From Octopus sinensis (lineage: Eukaryota): DNA of 64,000 nt. Below, piece by piece: positions 12,185 to 26,498 of the stretch. Each line of letters starts with the position of its first letter. Positions within the stretch are counted from its first letter, which is position 1. The stretch spans positions 77,066,001 through 77,130,000 of the forward strand of contig NC_042999.1 of NCBI RefSeq assembly GCF_006345805.1, in the 5' to 3' direction. A model generated the notes under the pieces. It had not been told where the DNA came from and did not search any database. It saw only the letters and a program-made list of their open reading frames with translations. Position numbers and translations under genes: made by a program.

Positions 12185-14224
12185 TGTTAGCAGAAAGGTT
12201 GAAGGTCGTCATGGAAAAACTTGTCGGAAAGGCACAGACATGTGCAATCCCAGGCAGGTCGATCGAAGATAATCTTCACCTTCTACGCTACACTATAGAC
12301 AGGGTTGGGCAATTAGCCGGCAAAGGAGGGGCATTGGTCCATTTAGACCAAAGTAAAGCATTTGATAGGGTAGATCATCAGTACTTGGCGACGGTTCTCG
12401 AAGCGGCTGGGCTAGGTCCTGACTTTCGCGGGTGGATATCAGCTATGTACAGCGGTATCAAGTCCACAGTCCAGATAAACGGTTACTTAACGGAACCGTT
12501 TTCGATTAAGCGTTCAGTTCGTCAAGGATGTCCCTTGTCCCCTCTCCTGTACGTTTTGGCTCTTGAGCCATTGCTGCGAAGTTGGAGACGGTGAGATGCA
12601 ATCCTAATGAAATCGGATGCGGTAAGTCTGTTTCTGCGTATGCGGATGACGTCACCTTCATCGTGTCCAACGAAGCACAACTAACTCGTGTAGAAGGTGC
12701 TCTCCGAAGATACGAAGCGGTGGCTGGGGCAAAAGTTAACAAGGACAAGTCCACTGGTTTGCGCCTCGGCACCTGGAGGAACAAGCCGATATCGTCCAGT
12801 GTTGTTGGACACTGGACAGATGGTCCTGTTAAATTGCTTGGAGTTTGGTTTGGTTCAGACTCCCAGACGGAGAAAAATTGGAGCGAGGTAGTGACCAAGG
12901 TAGAAGCCATAGCTCGGGAGTGGTCCGGAAGGCATCTTTCCTTGAAAGGGAGGGCGGAGGTGGTACAGGTGTTTATAGCATCTGTAATCACCTATCGCCT
13001 GACTGTCGTGCCTTGCCCCGATTTGTGGCTAAGCAAGTTGGATCGACTCCTTTTCCGCTTTTTGTGGAAGGGAGGAAAGCCACTTGTAAGGCGCTCCGTG
13101 TGTTGCCAGGAACCACTAAAGGGTGGGCTGGGGATGCCTTGGTTAATGATGCGCAGGCATGCGCTGAGACTGAGACATCTCTGGTTTCACCTGGAAGGTG
13201 ATAAGGTGTGGAGTCCGCTGGCAGATAATTTCTTCCCGCAACCGGACTCTATGGAGAGATTTAAACCCGGTTTCATTAAAAGACGGAACCTGACTTTATG
13301 GCAGAAAGAGTGCCGACAGGCACTCTGGCTGATCCACAAGATAGGCAAAGCCGGTTGCGGGAATACCACCTCGACATTTTATAGAAGGATGGTAGAGGCA
13401 AAAAATGACGACGTCCTAAGGGGCTCTGGGGTTCGATGAGGATCAACTATCCGACCTGTTTAAGAAGACTTTCAAGCGGGGTATTTGGACAATTACCAAA
13501 AATCCCTGACTTGGCAGTGCTATAGGAATGCTCTACCTGTTCGCGATAAGTTATATAGGCATGGAATGTCAGTGCCACCGACATGTCCAAGATGTGGGTT
13601 GGACGATGAAACCGTCCAGCACGCTTTTGTACATTGTCAGGAGCTGTCAGGCTTAATAAGTTACGTAGAACACGTGTTGTCGCATCTGGGACGAGTACAG
13701 CTATCGGCTGGTTCTATAATAAAGATGATACCGCCAGCTGGACTCTCAAAGGAAGGTGAGGCTTGTTTTCACTGTACGGTGGCAGTACTGAAAGAGTGTG
13801 TGTGGAGAACTAGATTGGAAGGTTTGGTGTCAGGAACCTTTGTCTCTGGATATGGTATGTTAAAATACTTCAGATACCATCTAAAGAGCAAGATGGATTT
13901 AGAGTAGAGGACCTGACACAGAAAAAGTATGTGAATCGATGGAAGGATGTGATAAAAAAGGTGGGTGTGAGTAACCCTGCTTGGTCATCATGAAGGGAGA
14001 AAATAGTCTCTGGGCTCTTAGGCTGTCGGGTAAGAATCCTGACTGTGATATACCTAGCTGGCCAAAATCATTTTTAATTTTTTAAAAAAAAAGGAGAAAG
14101 TAAAGTCTAGTATCATAATCAATAATCAACATGTAAATATCAAACGAACAACGTAAACTTTTTGTAATTATGTTTTGTATTGTAATGTACTATTTCTGTA
14201 AATTTTTATAATCATAATTATTTT
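12185..14224 (+). mobile_element. 5'-truncated Tx1-like (L1-group) LINE with 17-bp target-site duplication
   Basis: RT motifs AIPGRSIEDNL, LDQSKAFDRVDH, SVRQGCPLSPLLY, AYADD; C-terminal CPRC..ETVQHAFVHC knuckle; frameshifts near 12590 and 13430; TSD agaagcgacacctactg at 12168-12184 and 14225-14241. Confidence 0.9.
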
Positions 14225-14251
14225 AGAAGCGACACCTACTGGTCTGGCTAC

Positions 14252-14293
14252 GCTGCATTGAAAAGGGGCAATACCCCGAAACGCGTCTGTAGC
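14252..14293 (+). ncRNA. Minimal type-I hammerhead ribozyme motif (U3-A8 variant), predicted cleavage after 14287
   Basis: gctgca TTGAAAA gggg caata cccc GAAA cgcg TC tgtagc. Confidence 0.7.
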
Positions 14294-14606
14294 TGCCGGC
14301 CAAGTAGTGTGGAGCGACTGACCTCCCTTTTCAAGGTTATATGGATACAGTTTGTGTATCAAATAGCTAACTTAAGGCGATGGCCTCATGGAGCTAATAG
14401 CGGACAGCTTTATTCTTATTTTTATAAGAATGCCATATTAGTATGGCGATAACTATATTTTCCGGGAACGCTGCCGTGTTCTCTTTAAGAGACTTAGTAA
14501 TTTTAATATTTCTATTATTGAAAACAAGTGGATGTATTCCACCGACGCTAGGTAATAAAACCTTTGAACAGAGATCGTCAGAAGCGACACCTACTGGTCT
14601 GGCTAC

Positions 14607-14648
14607 GCTGCATTGAAAAGGGGCAATACCCCGAAACGCGTCTGTAGC
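14607..14648 (+). ncRNA. Minimal type-I hammerhead ribozyme motif (U3-A8 variant), predicted cleavage after 14642
   Basis: Identical motif to 14252-14293. Confidence 0.7.
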
Positions 14649-14924
14649 TGCCGGCCAAGTAGTGTGGAGCGACTGACCTCCCTTGTTCAAAGATTATATG
14701 GATACAGTTTGTGTATCAAATAGCTAACTTAAGGCGATGGCCTCATGGAGCTATAAGCGGACAGCTTTATTCTTATTTTTATAAGAATGCCATATTAGTA
14801 TGGCGATAACTATTTTTCCGGGAACGCTGCCGTTGTCTCTTTTAGAGAGACTTAGTAATTTTAATATTTCTATTATATATATATATATTTATAATATATT
14901 TATTATATATATATATACATATAT

Positions 14925-15680
14925 GTTGATGATTGATTGATTCTAGTTTCAGCTCATGAGCTGTGGCCATGTTGGGGCCGCCATTTGGTGTTGCTACATG
15001 GTTTTACTTCACGAAGCTTTTAGCAACTGCCATTTGGTGCATGAGAGAGTTCGATGCAGCTGCCCTCATCTGCACCTCCTGCCGTGAAGTTGGTTCATCT
15101 GGGATACCTGACAGGAAGAGATCCAGTTTCATTTTAAAGACATCTGCATCCACCCCATGCAGGTCTCTTAAGTTCTTCGGGAGGATATTGAAGAGCTGTG
15201 GGCCTCGGAAGCCCAGGCTATCACAGTATCTTGTCCTACATCTTGATCGCAAATTTGGAGTCCTAGGCACCACGCAGTGGCGCCCAGTTCTGGCATTTGT
15301 GTAACTCTCGATGCCAAAGTTTGGGACAAGTCCCTCCAGGATCTTCCAGATGTATATTATGGCATATCTTTCCCGCCTACGCTACAAGGAATATAGTTTT
15401 AATCTCTTGAGTCTTTCCCAGTAGCTTATATTCTGCATAGAGGCTATCTTCTTCGTGTAGCTACGTTGGATCGCCTCAAGTTCTGTGATCAACTTGACAC
15501 TGGATGGTGACCATAACTGAGAGCAATAGTCAAAGTGGCTTAGGATAAGTGTCCTCCAGAGGACCATCATGGTTTCTTGTTCTCTTGTTCTAAAGGTTCT
15601 GAGAATCCATCCGGCCAGTCGTCTACATTTCATTGCCAATTTAGCAACATGTACACGAAAGGTACCTCTCAGGTAGAACC
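14925..15680 (-). mobile_element. 3' part of CR1-group LINE
   Basis: GWILRTF, HFDYCSQLWSP, SYWERLKRLKLYSL, GFRGPQLFNILP; tail gagctgaaactagaatcaatcaatc. Confidence 0.85.
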
Positions 15681-16025
15681 TACAATCGTGTGCGCTGTTT
15701 GTTTCCATCCTTTTTGGTATATGGATAGTCAGTTTTACTTCTATTCTTGGCTGTTTCATTTTTTGGTTTTGTTTGAGTTTCTCTTTTAGTTTTTCCTCCT
15801 TTTATTTCTTCTTTGGGTTCTTCATCTCCATGGCTTTTGGTGCTGGTAGGAGCACTTGCACTTGGGTTTACTTCCCGGGCAGGTTTCTCACTTGAAACCT
15901 CTTCCCGGGTGTCTACTAGGTGTGGGTGACTTCTTTCATCAGCACCCATGTCTCCATCCTTGCCATCTTTACTTTGTTCATTCTCAAAGATGGCATCAAG
16001 CGTGCCAATGTGAGATCTGTATATA

Positions 16026-16093
<68 letters not shown>

Positions 16094-16268
16094 AATATAT
16101 ATGTATATATATAAATAAATAAATAAATAAATATAAATATTATGTATATATATAAATAAATAAATAAATATATATATATGTATATATATATAAATAAATA
16201 TATATATATATATATAAATAAATAAATATATATATATATCAATAAAAAATATATATATATATCAATAA

Positions 16269-16316
<48 letters not shown>

Positions 16317-16339
16317 ATATATATATATATATATACTGT

Positions 16340-17510
16340 AGGATAGGGCCACTCCTTGAAAAGGATGCACACTCACAGGAAAACCAATGAGGGTAAGTGA
16401 AATACTGAATGAGCAATTCAGAGTGTTTTCACTCCACCCCTTGGGCATTTCCAAATCACCAATCCAACTGACTTCTTTACCACTGCAGATATAAAATCAG
16501 AGGCGGCGACGATAGATTACATCGATATAAAGGAAGACGATGTAATAAAGGCTATAGATGAAATGAAACAGACTCAGCTACTGGCCCCGATGGATTCCCG
16601 GCAATCCTCCTAAAAGTATGTAAGAGAGTCCTAGCAAGACCACTGCAGTTCCTCTTTCAGAGCTTCCTTGCAGCTGGCAAACTTCAAGAAAACTGAAGGA
16701 AGGTAAAAATGCCCTATTCATAAAGGAGGTAGCAGAGCGGAGGCCAAGAACTACAGACTTATCTCTCTGACCTCACACATCAGCAAGGTCATGAAACGAA
16801 TAGTCAGAAGGAAACTGATCACCTTCCTTGAAGAAAATGACTTGCTGCCTGACACCCAACATGGTTTCCGACCAGGAAGAAGCTGCTTAACTGAGCTCCT
16901 ACAACACTATGACTGGGTGCTGAAACGACTGCTCAACCACTCAAATGTGGAAGTGATATATCTCGACTTTGCAAAGGCCTTTGATTAAGTCGATCATGGA
17001 ATGATATGTCACAAACTGCGTGATCTCAGCATAGTTGGAAAACTGGGAGAATGGCTTCATGACTTTCTGAAAGATAGAAGTCAGGTGGTAGTAGCCAATG
17101 GGGCCACTTCCATTAACACGCAAATAGTGAGCGGTGTTCCGCAAGGCACTGTTTTGGGACCACTACTGTTCATAATGGCCCTCTCAGATATGCCCTCATC
17201 CACGCAGAGAGCCACGATCACAAGTTATGCAGATGATACAAAAGTTTCACGGGCAATACAGAACCCTGAGGACACTAAACGCCTGCAATGTGAGCTGGAC
17301 AAAATATACAAGTGGGCTGAAAAGAATAGCATGCAGTTCAATGCTGAAAAGTTTCAGACGATTGCAGCTGCATCGAACTCTCTCATGCAGCAAATGGCAG
17401 TTGCTAAAAAGCATTCGTGAAGTAAAACCATGTAGCAACACCGAATGGCGGTGCCCCAGCATGGCCACAGCTCGTGAGCTGAAACTAGAATCAATCAATC
17501 AATCAATCAA
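16340..17510 (+). mobile_element. CR1-group LINE RT fragment with internal deletion joined to the 3' tail
   Basis: GPDGFPA, NYRLISLTSH, QHGFRPGRSCL, YLDFAKAFD, GVPQGTVLGPLLF, SYADDTK; jumps at ~17362 to the tail ending (aatc)n. Confidence 0.85.
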
Positions 17511-17832
17511 TATATATTTTTTTATTTATATATATATATTTATATTATATATATTATATATATATTATTATATATATAATATATATATATATATATAATA
17601 TATATATATCTATATTTATATTATATATATTTATATATATATATATATATTATTATTTTTTTATTTTTATATACATATATATATATATTTTTTTATTTAT
17701 ATATATATATTTTTATATATTTATATATATATATATATTTTTTTATTTATATATACATATATATATTTTTATATATAATATATATATATATATATTTATA
17801 TATTTATTATATATATATATATATTTAATTAT

Positions 17833-17874
<42 letters not shown>

Positions 17875-17936
17875 TAAATATATATATATATTATATATAT
17901 TAGATATATATATCTTTATTTATATATATATATATC

Positions 17937-18040
<104 letters not shown>

Positions 18041-18066
18041 TATATATATATATATATATATATATC

Positions 18067-18123
<57 letters not shown>

Positions 18124-18203
18124 TATATATATATGGATTTCGTAGACAGGAACTGAAACAAATTGATCGTAATATATGTATGTATATATGTAAGTGTATG
18201 TGT

Positions 18204-20918
18204 TTTGCTATTGGCAATATGAATGACAATGGCCAGAGACTACTTGAATTTTGCACATACCATAACCTGTGCATCACTAACACATTATTTGCCAACAAGA
18301 CATCCCACAAGGCATCTTGGAGACATCCAAGATCTCACCACTGTCAGCTGGATCTCATCATTATACGAAGACCCTTTCTGAATTCTTTTCAACTGACTCG
18401 TAGTTACCACAGCGCGGATTGTGACACAGATCATTCACTAATAAGAAGCAGGGTGAGGATTCTGCCTAAAAAGTTCATCACTCCAAGAAAATGGGCCGAC
18501 CACACATTAACACTGCCAGAACCTCCGACCCTACACTGCGACAATGTTTTGCTGTTTCTATCAAAGTTGCCCTCAGTAGCTGCCCAACCACCTCTGCTGA
18601 AAGTAGGTGGAATTATATCGGGAAAGCTTTGTATACCACATCAATAGATACTTTCGGCATGAGAGAAAGGCAAAACCCAGATTTTGTTCAGTGCTGGGCT
18701 CTCAAAGCTGGAAACAGTCATCGAAGCAAAGCGTGCATCTCTGATGTAATACAAGAGTGATTCTTCTATAAAGTCACTCGAAGAACTCAGAAAGGCAAGA
18801 AATAAAACCCAACTGACTGCCAGACGCTGTGCAAATAGGTATTGGCAGGAAATCTGTCAGAATATCCAATCAGCTGCTGACAGTGGCGACACCCGTGGGA
18901 TGTATGCCGGTTTGAAGAAGGCTCTCGGTCCATCCGCAACTAAGTCAGCCCCTCTGAAATCAACTACTGGGGATCTCATCAAGGACCAAAGCAAGCAAAT
19001 GGATAGATGAGTGGAGTACTACCAGGATCTCTACTCACGAGAGACCACGGTAGCTGAGGCTGCAATCGAGGGTGTCAAGATCTTGCCAGTCATGTGTGAA
19101 CTTGACAGTCTGCCATCTATAACAGAGCTCACCAAGGCTATTGACTCCCTAGCAAGTAACAAAGCTCCGGGAAAAGACGGCATCCCTTTAGAGATCATCA
19201 AAACCGGCAAAAACACCATCCTGCTTCGGCACATTCATGAGCTTCTGTGTCAGTGTTGGGAAGAGGGTACAGTCCCTCAGGATATGCGGGATGCTAACAT
19301 CATTACGCTTTACAAAAACAAAGGTGACCGTGGTGATTGTAACAATTACCGTGGAATATCTCTTCTAAGCACTGTTGGAAAGGCCTCTGCTCGCATTATC
19401 CTGTCCAGGTTGCAACTGCTTGCTTCTCGAATTTATCCAGAATCACAGTGTGGCTTTAGAAGAAGCAGATAAACTATTGACATGATATTCTCCATACGCC
19501 AACTTCAGGAGAAGTCCAGAGAGCAGAAAATACCATTGGCCTTCATTGATCTGACAAAGGCCTTTGACTTGGTAAGTAGAAAAGGCCTCTTCATCCTGCT
19601 CCAAAAATCGGAAGTCCACCAAAGCTGCTGAGGATCATCACATCTTTCCATGATGATATGCAAGGCACCATACAGCACAATGGTTCAACATCAGCCGCCT
19701 TCCAAATAAAAAATGGGGTAAAGCAAGGTTGCGTCCTTGCTCCTACATTATCTGGCATCTTCTTCTCGCTGCTGCTGTCACATGCATTTGTAACATCAGA
19801 TGATGGAGTGTTTCTGCACAGTAGAAGTGATGGGAAACTGTTCAATCTCTCGCGTCTGCGTGCCAAGACCAAAATCAGAAGCGTCCTGATCAAGGAGATG
19901 CTATTTGCTGATGATGCCGCTCTGGTATCACACTCAGAAGAAGGCTCATCAACTGTTTTGAGCAAGTATGTGACAACTTTGGCTTATTTATCAGCCTCAA
20001 GTAGACCAACATCATAGGTCAGGCTACATCGACCATCCCAAACATACATATTGGAGACCACAGACTACAGGAGGTGGAGAAGTTTACCTATCTTGGCTCT
20101 ACTGTCACCTACAACCTATCCCTTGATACTGAGCTCAATATACGCATTGGCAAGGCAGCTGCTGTGATGGCCCAACTCTCCAAACGGGCATGGGACAACA
20201 ATAAGCTGACCAAGACCACGAAAATGAAGATTTACCAGGCATGTGTACTTAGCACTCTACTGTATGGAAGTGAGACTTGGACGCCATACACACGCCATAC
20301 GACGCCATACGTCGCCTAAATATTTTTCACCAGCGCTGCCTTCGGAAAATCCTTCGCATCAAATGGCAGAATCATGTCCCCAACAAAGATGTCCTCAAGC
20401 AAGCAGGAATACCAAGCATGTTTACACTCCTCACACAAAGACGTATGAGATGGCTTCGACATGTTAGCCGTATGGAAGATGGCAGAATCCCCAATGACAT
20501 ACTCAACGGAGAGCTTGTTAGGGTCACTAGGTCTGTGGGAAGACCGTTCTTACGATACAAGGATGTTTACAAAAGGGACATGAATGCCTGCAACATCAAT
20601 ATTACCAACTGGGAAGCAGTTGCCATCAACCGTGGAGATTGGCGACGTACCGTAAAAAAAGGGAACACAAAGGAGTGACATAGAGGGAGAGGAGAAATGG
20701 AAAGACAAGAAAAGACGTCAACAAGAAAGTATGACATTACAACCAGCCAGGCAAAGTCTTCGCTACATTTGTGGCACCTGCCAGAGGGAGTGCTTGTCCA
20801 GGTTAGGACTACACAGCCACAGCAGGAGATGTATTAGGACATGAAATGTAAAAGCCGGACTAGATTATTTTATGCGCAACTCCATTGTCTCCCGAGACAA
20901 AAAGGATGCCACCAACAA
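18204..20918 (+). mobile_element. 5'-truncated RTE-clade LINE with ~70-bp target-site duplication
   Basis: APE C-terminus ([18 protein letters not shown]), RT (KAPGKDGIP, NYRGISLL, GVKQGCVLAPTL, LFADDAAL), RTE-type 3' end ccattgtctcccgagacaaaaaggatgcc; flanking duplicate 18133-18203 / 20924-20991. Confidence 0.9.
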
Positions 20919-21180
20919 TATATATGGATTTCGTAGACAGGAACTGAAACAAATCAATCGTATATATATGTATATATGTAAGTGTATGTGTGTGTCTTTG
21001 TGTCTGTTTCCCCCTCATCACTGCTTCACAACTACTGTTCATTTATTTACATCCACAAAACTTACTGGTTTCACAAAAACAAACTAATAGAATAAGTACT
21101 AGGCTTATCAACATAAAAAAGCACTAGGCTGTGTCTCATATTTTTGTTTGTTCACTCAGTTGTATCTATCAATTTATCTT

Positions 21181-21254
<74 letters not shown>

Positions 21255-21257
<3 letters not shown>

Positions 21258-22305
21258 CACCCTAATGGGAGCCTTAACTCCCAAATTTTAGTCATTTCTT
21301 TTATGATCCAAAACTAGGTCAAAAGTACTGAATGGATCTTTATGAAATTTGGAAATTATATTCTAAGCATAAGGGCCATAACCTCCATGACAATTCATAT
21401 ATTTTTGCTGTTGATGATATTTTAACCATAGATATTAGACACAAATGAAGTAATATTTATAAAATTTCATCTTCTTATAAAGTTAGAAAGACCCCTCTAT
21501 GGGGACTTAAAACCCACAATTTTGTCATTTTATCTAAGCAAAAACGAATACAGTTGTGCTCTTGGAAGCTGTAGGGTTACCCGAGCATAAAAGTTGGGCA
21601 TTATTTCTAATTCAAATGGACAACAGTGTAACAGTTTGCTTTGACATACACTTACATTGGGATTTCTGCAATGTGGTGCATAAATTGTTAAGTAAATGAG
21701 AGGCATCTTTGTCTCCACTGATTCAGTTGCAAAGTGTTGAGTAAAGTTATTTGATTGCAGACCTCCTTTCAGTCTTTTTATTATCACTCGGTCACACACA
21801 GTCCCCAGATGGTAACATTGATTACAAGGCCTTCCCAGATGAGTGACTGGTTATTCAAAGACATTTATAGATTTTAAATTCATTCTGTCCAGTTACGTAT
21901 CAGTATAGTGGTCATTTGCAAACTCCAGAGGTGACACTTTAATTTCTCCTAAGCCCTCACGTCACACAGTTGTTAATGTTGATTTCAGTTGGGTCACGCC
22001 CTTCCAATTGCTATAGATTCGTAATGCATCTTACGGCTGTGCCTGTCACCTGGATGGTGAGGACTCCTACGGTGGGAGTGGTAACGACTAGGGTAGGGTA
22101 ACTGACTGCTTATTGTGATCATTCGTCTTTTGGCTTCCATGTGGCACGATTACAATTTTTTTAGGATGTGTAAAGAGGGAAATAACCCTCATCTGCAATT
22201 TTGATGAAATTCGAAACATAGATATTCCAGTTCATTCAGAAAATATAACAGAAAAGTCTAATTCTTCAATTGAATGTAACCGGGCAACGCCGGGTATCTC
22301 TGCTA

Positions 22306-22306
<1 letters not shown>
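21255..22306 (+). mobile_element. Non-autonomous Helitron-like element (5' end uncertain)
   Basis: 3' end accgggcaacgccgggtatctctgCTAG followed by T, the same terminus type as 8022; embedded in (TA)n. Confidence 0.5.
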
Positions 22307-22380
<74 letters not shown>

Positions 22381-22629
22381 TGTTGTATTTCGGGATGGTC
22401 ATTTTTTTGCCAAATCAATACACGCACTATATATGTTTTCTTCATTCGTTTATTATGCTAACCGTGAGCGATACGAAAATAATTTTTGAACTTATCAAAC
22501 TTCGAGATGGGAAAGGCCTACAAATTATTATTGTTCCTGAACGTTGCCTTTTATACCTATGAATGTGTGTGTCACTTCCCGAGCGTTAAACTAATACATT
22601 TGTTTGTTGTTTACACACCTGTCTTCGTC

Positions 22630-22862
22630 TTCAATTATTACTCAGTAATCTAATTACAAATTTGTACATTGAATTTACATTTATGTGACATGAGTATAAT
22701 TTTATCAGAGAGAAAAAAAAGATGTATCTTTGGATGTTATATGTGGACCTATCAATTCATTTCAGAAGACTCTTTTTTTCTCTCTGAATAAATTATACTC
22801 ATGTCACATAAATGTAAATTTAATGTACAAATTTTTAATTGAATTATTGAGTATTAATTGAA
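22630..22862. repeat. Fold-back inverted repeat (~100-bp arms)
   Basis: aatttacatttatgtgacatgagtataattt vs aaattatactcatgtcacataaatgtaaattt, with further flanking complementarity. Confidence 0.85.
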
Positions 22863-23117
22863 ACGGCTGTAAGAAGCGAAGATTCCAATTTGTTAATTAT
22901 AAGCAAATATTAACTTTCCTATCTCCATTTTCTTTTCTTGTTTTAAATGGATATAAACTATATGCTTCATATATACCTCTTGTTTTAAGGGAATTTCGTT
23001 CCCCCCAAAATACTAGGTATTGAACCAGTATTTCCTTGGATGCAACCATCCCTTCACGAGGTTAACATATCCTCCAATTAAATTATATATATATATATAT
23101 ATATATAAATTTATATA

Positions 23118-23150
<33 letters not shown>

Positions 23151-23847
23151 GTGTGCGCGCGCGTGTGTGTGTGTGCGCGCGCGTGTGTGTGTGTGCGTGT
23201 GTGTGTATTAGAAAATGTGTGATATCCTTGGTACAGTTGGGTATATTTGAAGAAAGAAAAGGATTGACTTCACCGGTAGTTATAATCAATTTAATTCACT
23301 TTTTTCAATTTTTATGTACAGTATCTGTTTCAACACAGATTTCACATCAGGAATCTTGCAATATAAATTTATATATATATATATGACTATACACCACCAT
23401 ACCACACAACATCACATCACATCACACCACCACGCACACACTAGCACTAACCATTTCCCAGCCCCATACCATCGTCCACACACCTACACAAGCACACACG
23501 CACACGTCAAGGTAACCAGCCCTCTTCCAAACGCACATACAAGCTCTCTTATACACACGCACGTGCATCTTCATTTTGGGATCACCACTACTCTATTATC
23601 TCCCCTTTCTTCCTAGCTCTCCTGTGTGACACCTCTGTCTGGCATTCGCCATGATAGATCGCTAGCCACTACACATTCTTTATTTTCTCTCCTTGTTTCT
23701 TTCTGTGTTCCTTTCTGTGGAAGAGCGTAGGTTCGAAACATTAAAGACTTTTTCACCTCCCAAGCATTAAACTAATACAGCTGTTTGTTGTTTACACCAC
23801 CTTTCTTCGTCTTTTATTTTCCTTTTTTGTGAATTCTCCCTATATAC

Positions 23848-25212
<1,365 letters not shown>

Positions 25213-25214
25213 AT

Positions 25215-25864
25215 ATATAACTCAACTTGTCTGTCTGTCTGTGTGTCTGTGTGTTTAACTTCTCGGCACATCTCCTCCAAGCCAACAAATCGTAGAACCA
25301 CCAAAAATGGGTCACTTAAAGTTTAGGCGAATGAAAATTGAACTACGCTATTTCTGTTCCGAAATTCATCTCGCAAGTGCAAAAATCGATAATGTGTTTG
25401 TTTAAGGCTTTATAGATTATAGATTAAAGTTTGAGCATTGAAGGAGGTAACTCTAGAAAAACTATCAAAGTTAGGGAGTAGCCTCCCTTGGAAGAAATAA
25501 TGGCTGAGTGATAGAATGACATAAGATAGCGAGGGGAATGAGAGTGGTGTGAGGGGATAGGGGAAAGTAAGATATAAAAATGTTTAGTGAAAGGGAAACA
25601 AGCAACGAGAAACCATGGAGAATATGAGAAATACTGATCTAAAAGAATAATTCAACAATGCAATTATTTGATCAACAAAAATTTATGAAACGCTTCTACG
25701 TACTTCCTATTGAGGAAATGGAACACATAAGCGCAAAAATAGAGGGCATTAAATGCTTGATTTTAAAACCAAAATAATTGAATTTTTATTGAACTTCATC
25801 CAAGTTTAGCTTAATCCGCGCGTGCATAGAACGCACAAGCGCACGAGCCGGGCAATACTGCTAG
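25215..25864 (+). mobile_element. Non-autonomous Helitron-like element
   Basis: (GTCT)n near the 5' end; 3' gccgggcaatactgCTAG then T; sits within (TA)n. Confidence 0.55.
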
Positions 25865-25884
25865 TATATATATATATTATATAT

Positions 25885-25984
<100 letters not shown>

Positions 25985-26450
25985 GTGTGTATACATATAT
26001 ATATATATAATATATATATATATATGTACATACATACATACATACATACATACATACATACATACATACATACATACATACATACTTATAAGAACCCAAA
26101 TTGAGGGAGTGGAGCAAGTAAAATTCAGGCTACATGTGTTTCCTAGCTAGCAGATCCTCAAATTATATCTTAGGTGTATTAATTTGGGATTCCTTATTAA
26201 CATATGTAGACTCAATTTTACCTGGCCCACTCCCACAATTTGGATTTTTAATCGGATTTATAGCAACTCTAGATGCTAACCGTAAGCGATATAAAAAAAT
26301 CGTTTGAATCTATCAAACTTCGATATAGGAAAGGTCTACTATCTACGCCACCAATAAATTATTATATTATTCCTGAACGTTGTATTTTATACCTATCACA
26401 GACTGCTCGAAGTGACTTCCTTCACTATGAACGTGTGTATATATATATAC

Positions 26451-26496
<46 letters not shown>

Positions 26497-26498
<2 letters not shown>

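Larger units (their letters stand above)
14225..14875 (+). repeat. Tandem 355-bp units, each carrying a minimal hammerhead ribozyme motif
   Basis: Cores TTGAAAA at 14258-14264 and 14613-14619 (period 355 bp). Confidence 0.85.

Noticed and set aside
11371-14875. Repeats flanking an RT ORF could be read as LTRs or a CRISPR-like array
   Set aside because: The RT is Tx1/L1-type non-LTR with its own 17-bp TSD inside one repeat unit; there are no unique spacers, TG..CA ends, PBS or cas genes
23711-23750. cttt-ctgtggaa-gagcgtaggttc-gaaa-cat-ta-aag hammerhead-like arrangement
   Set aside because: The core deviates at essential positions in this copy and stem III is not palindromic; unsupported without a family consensus
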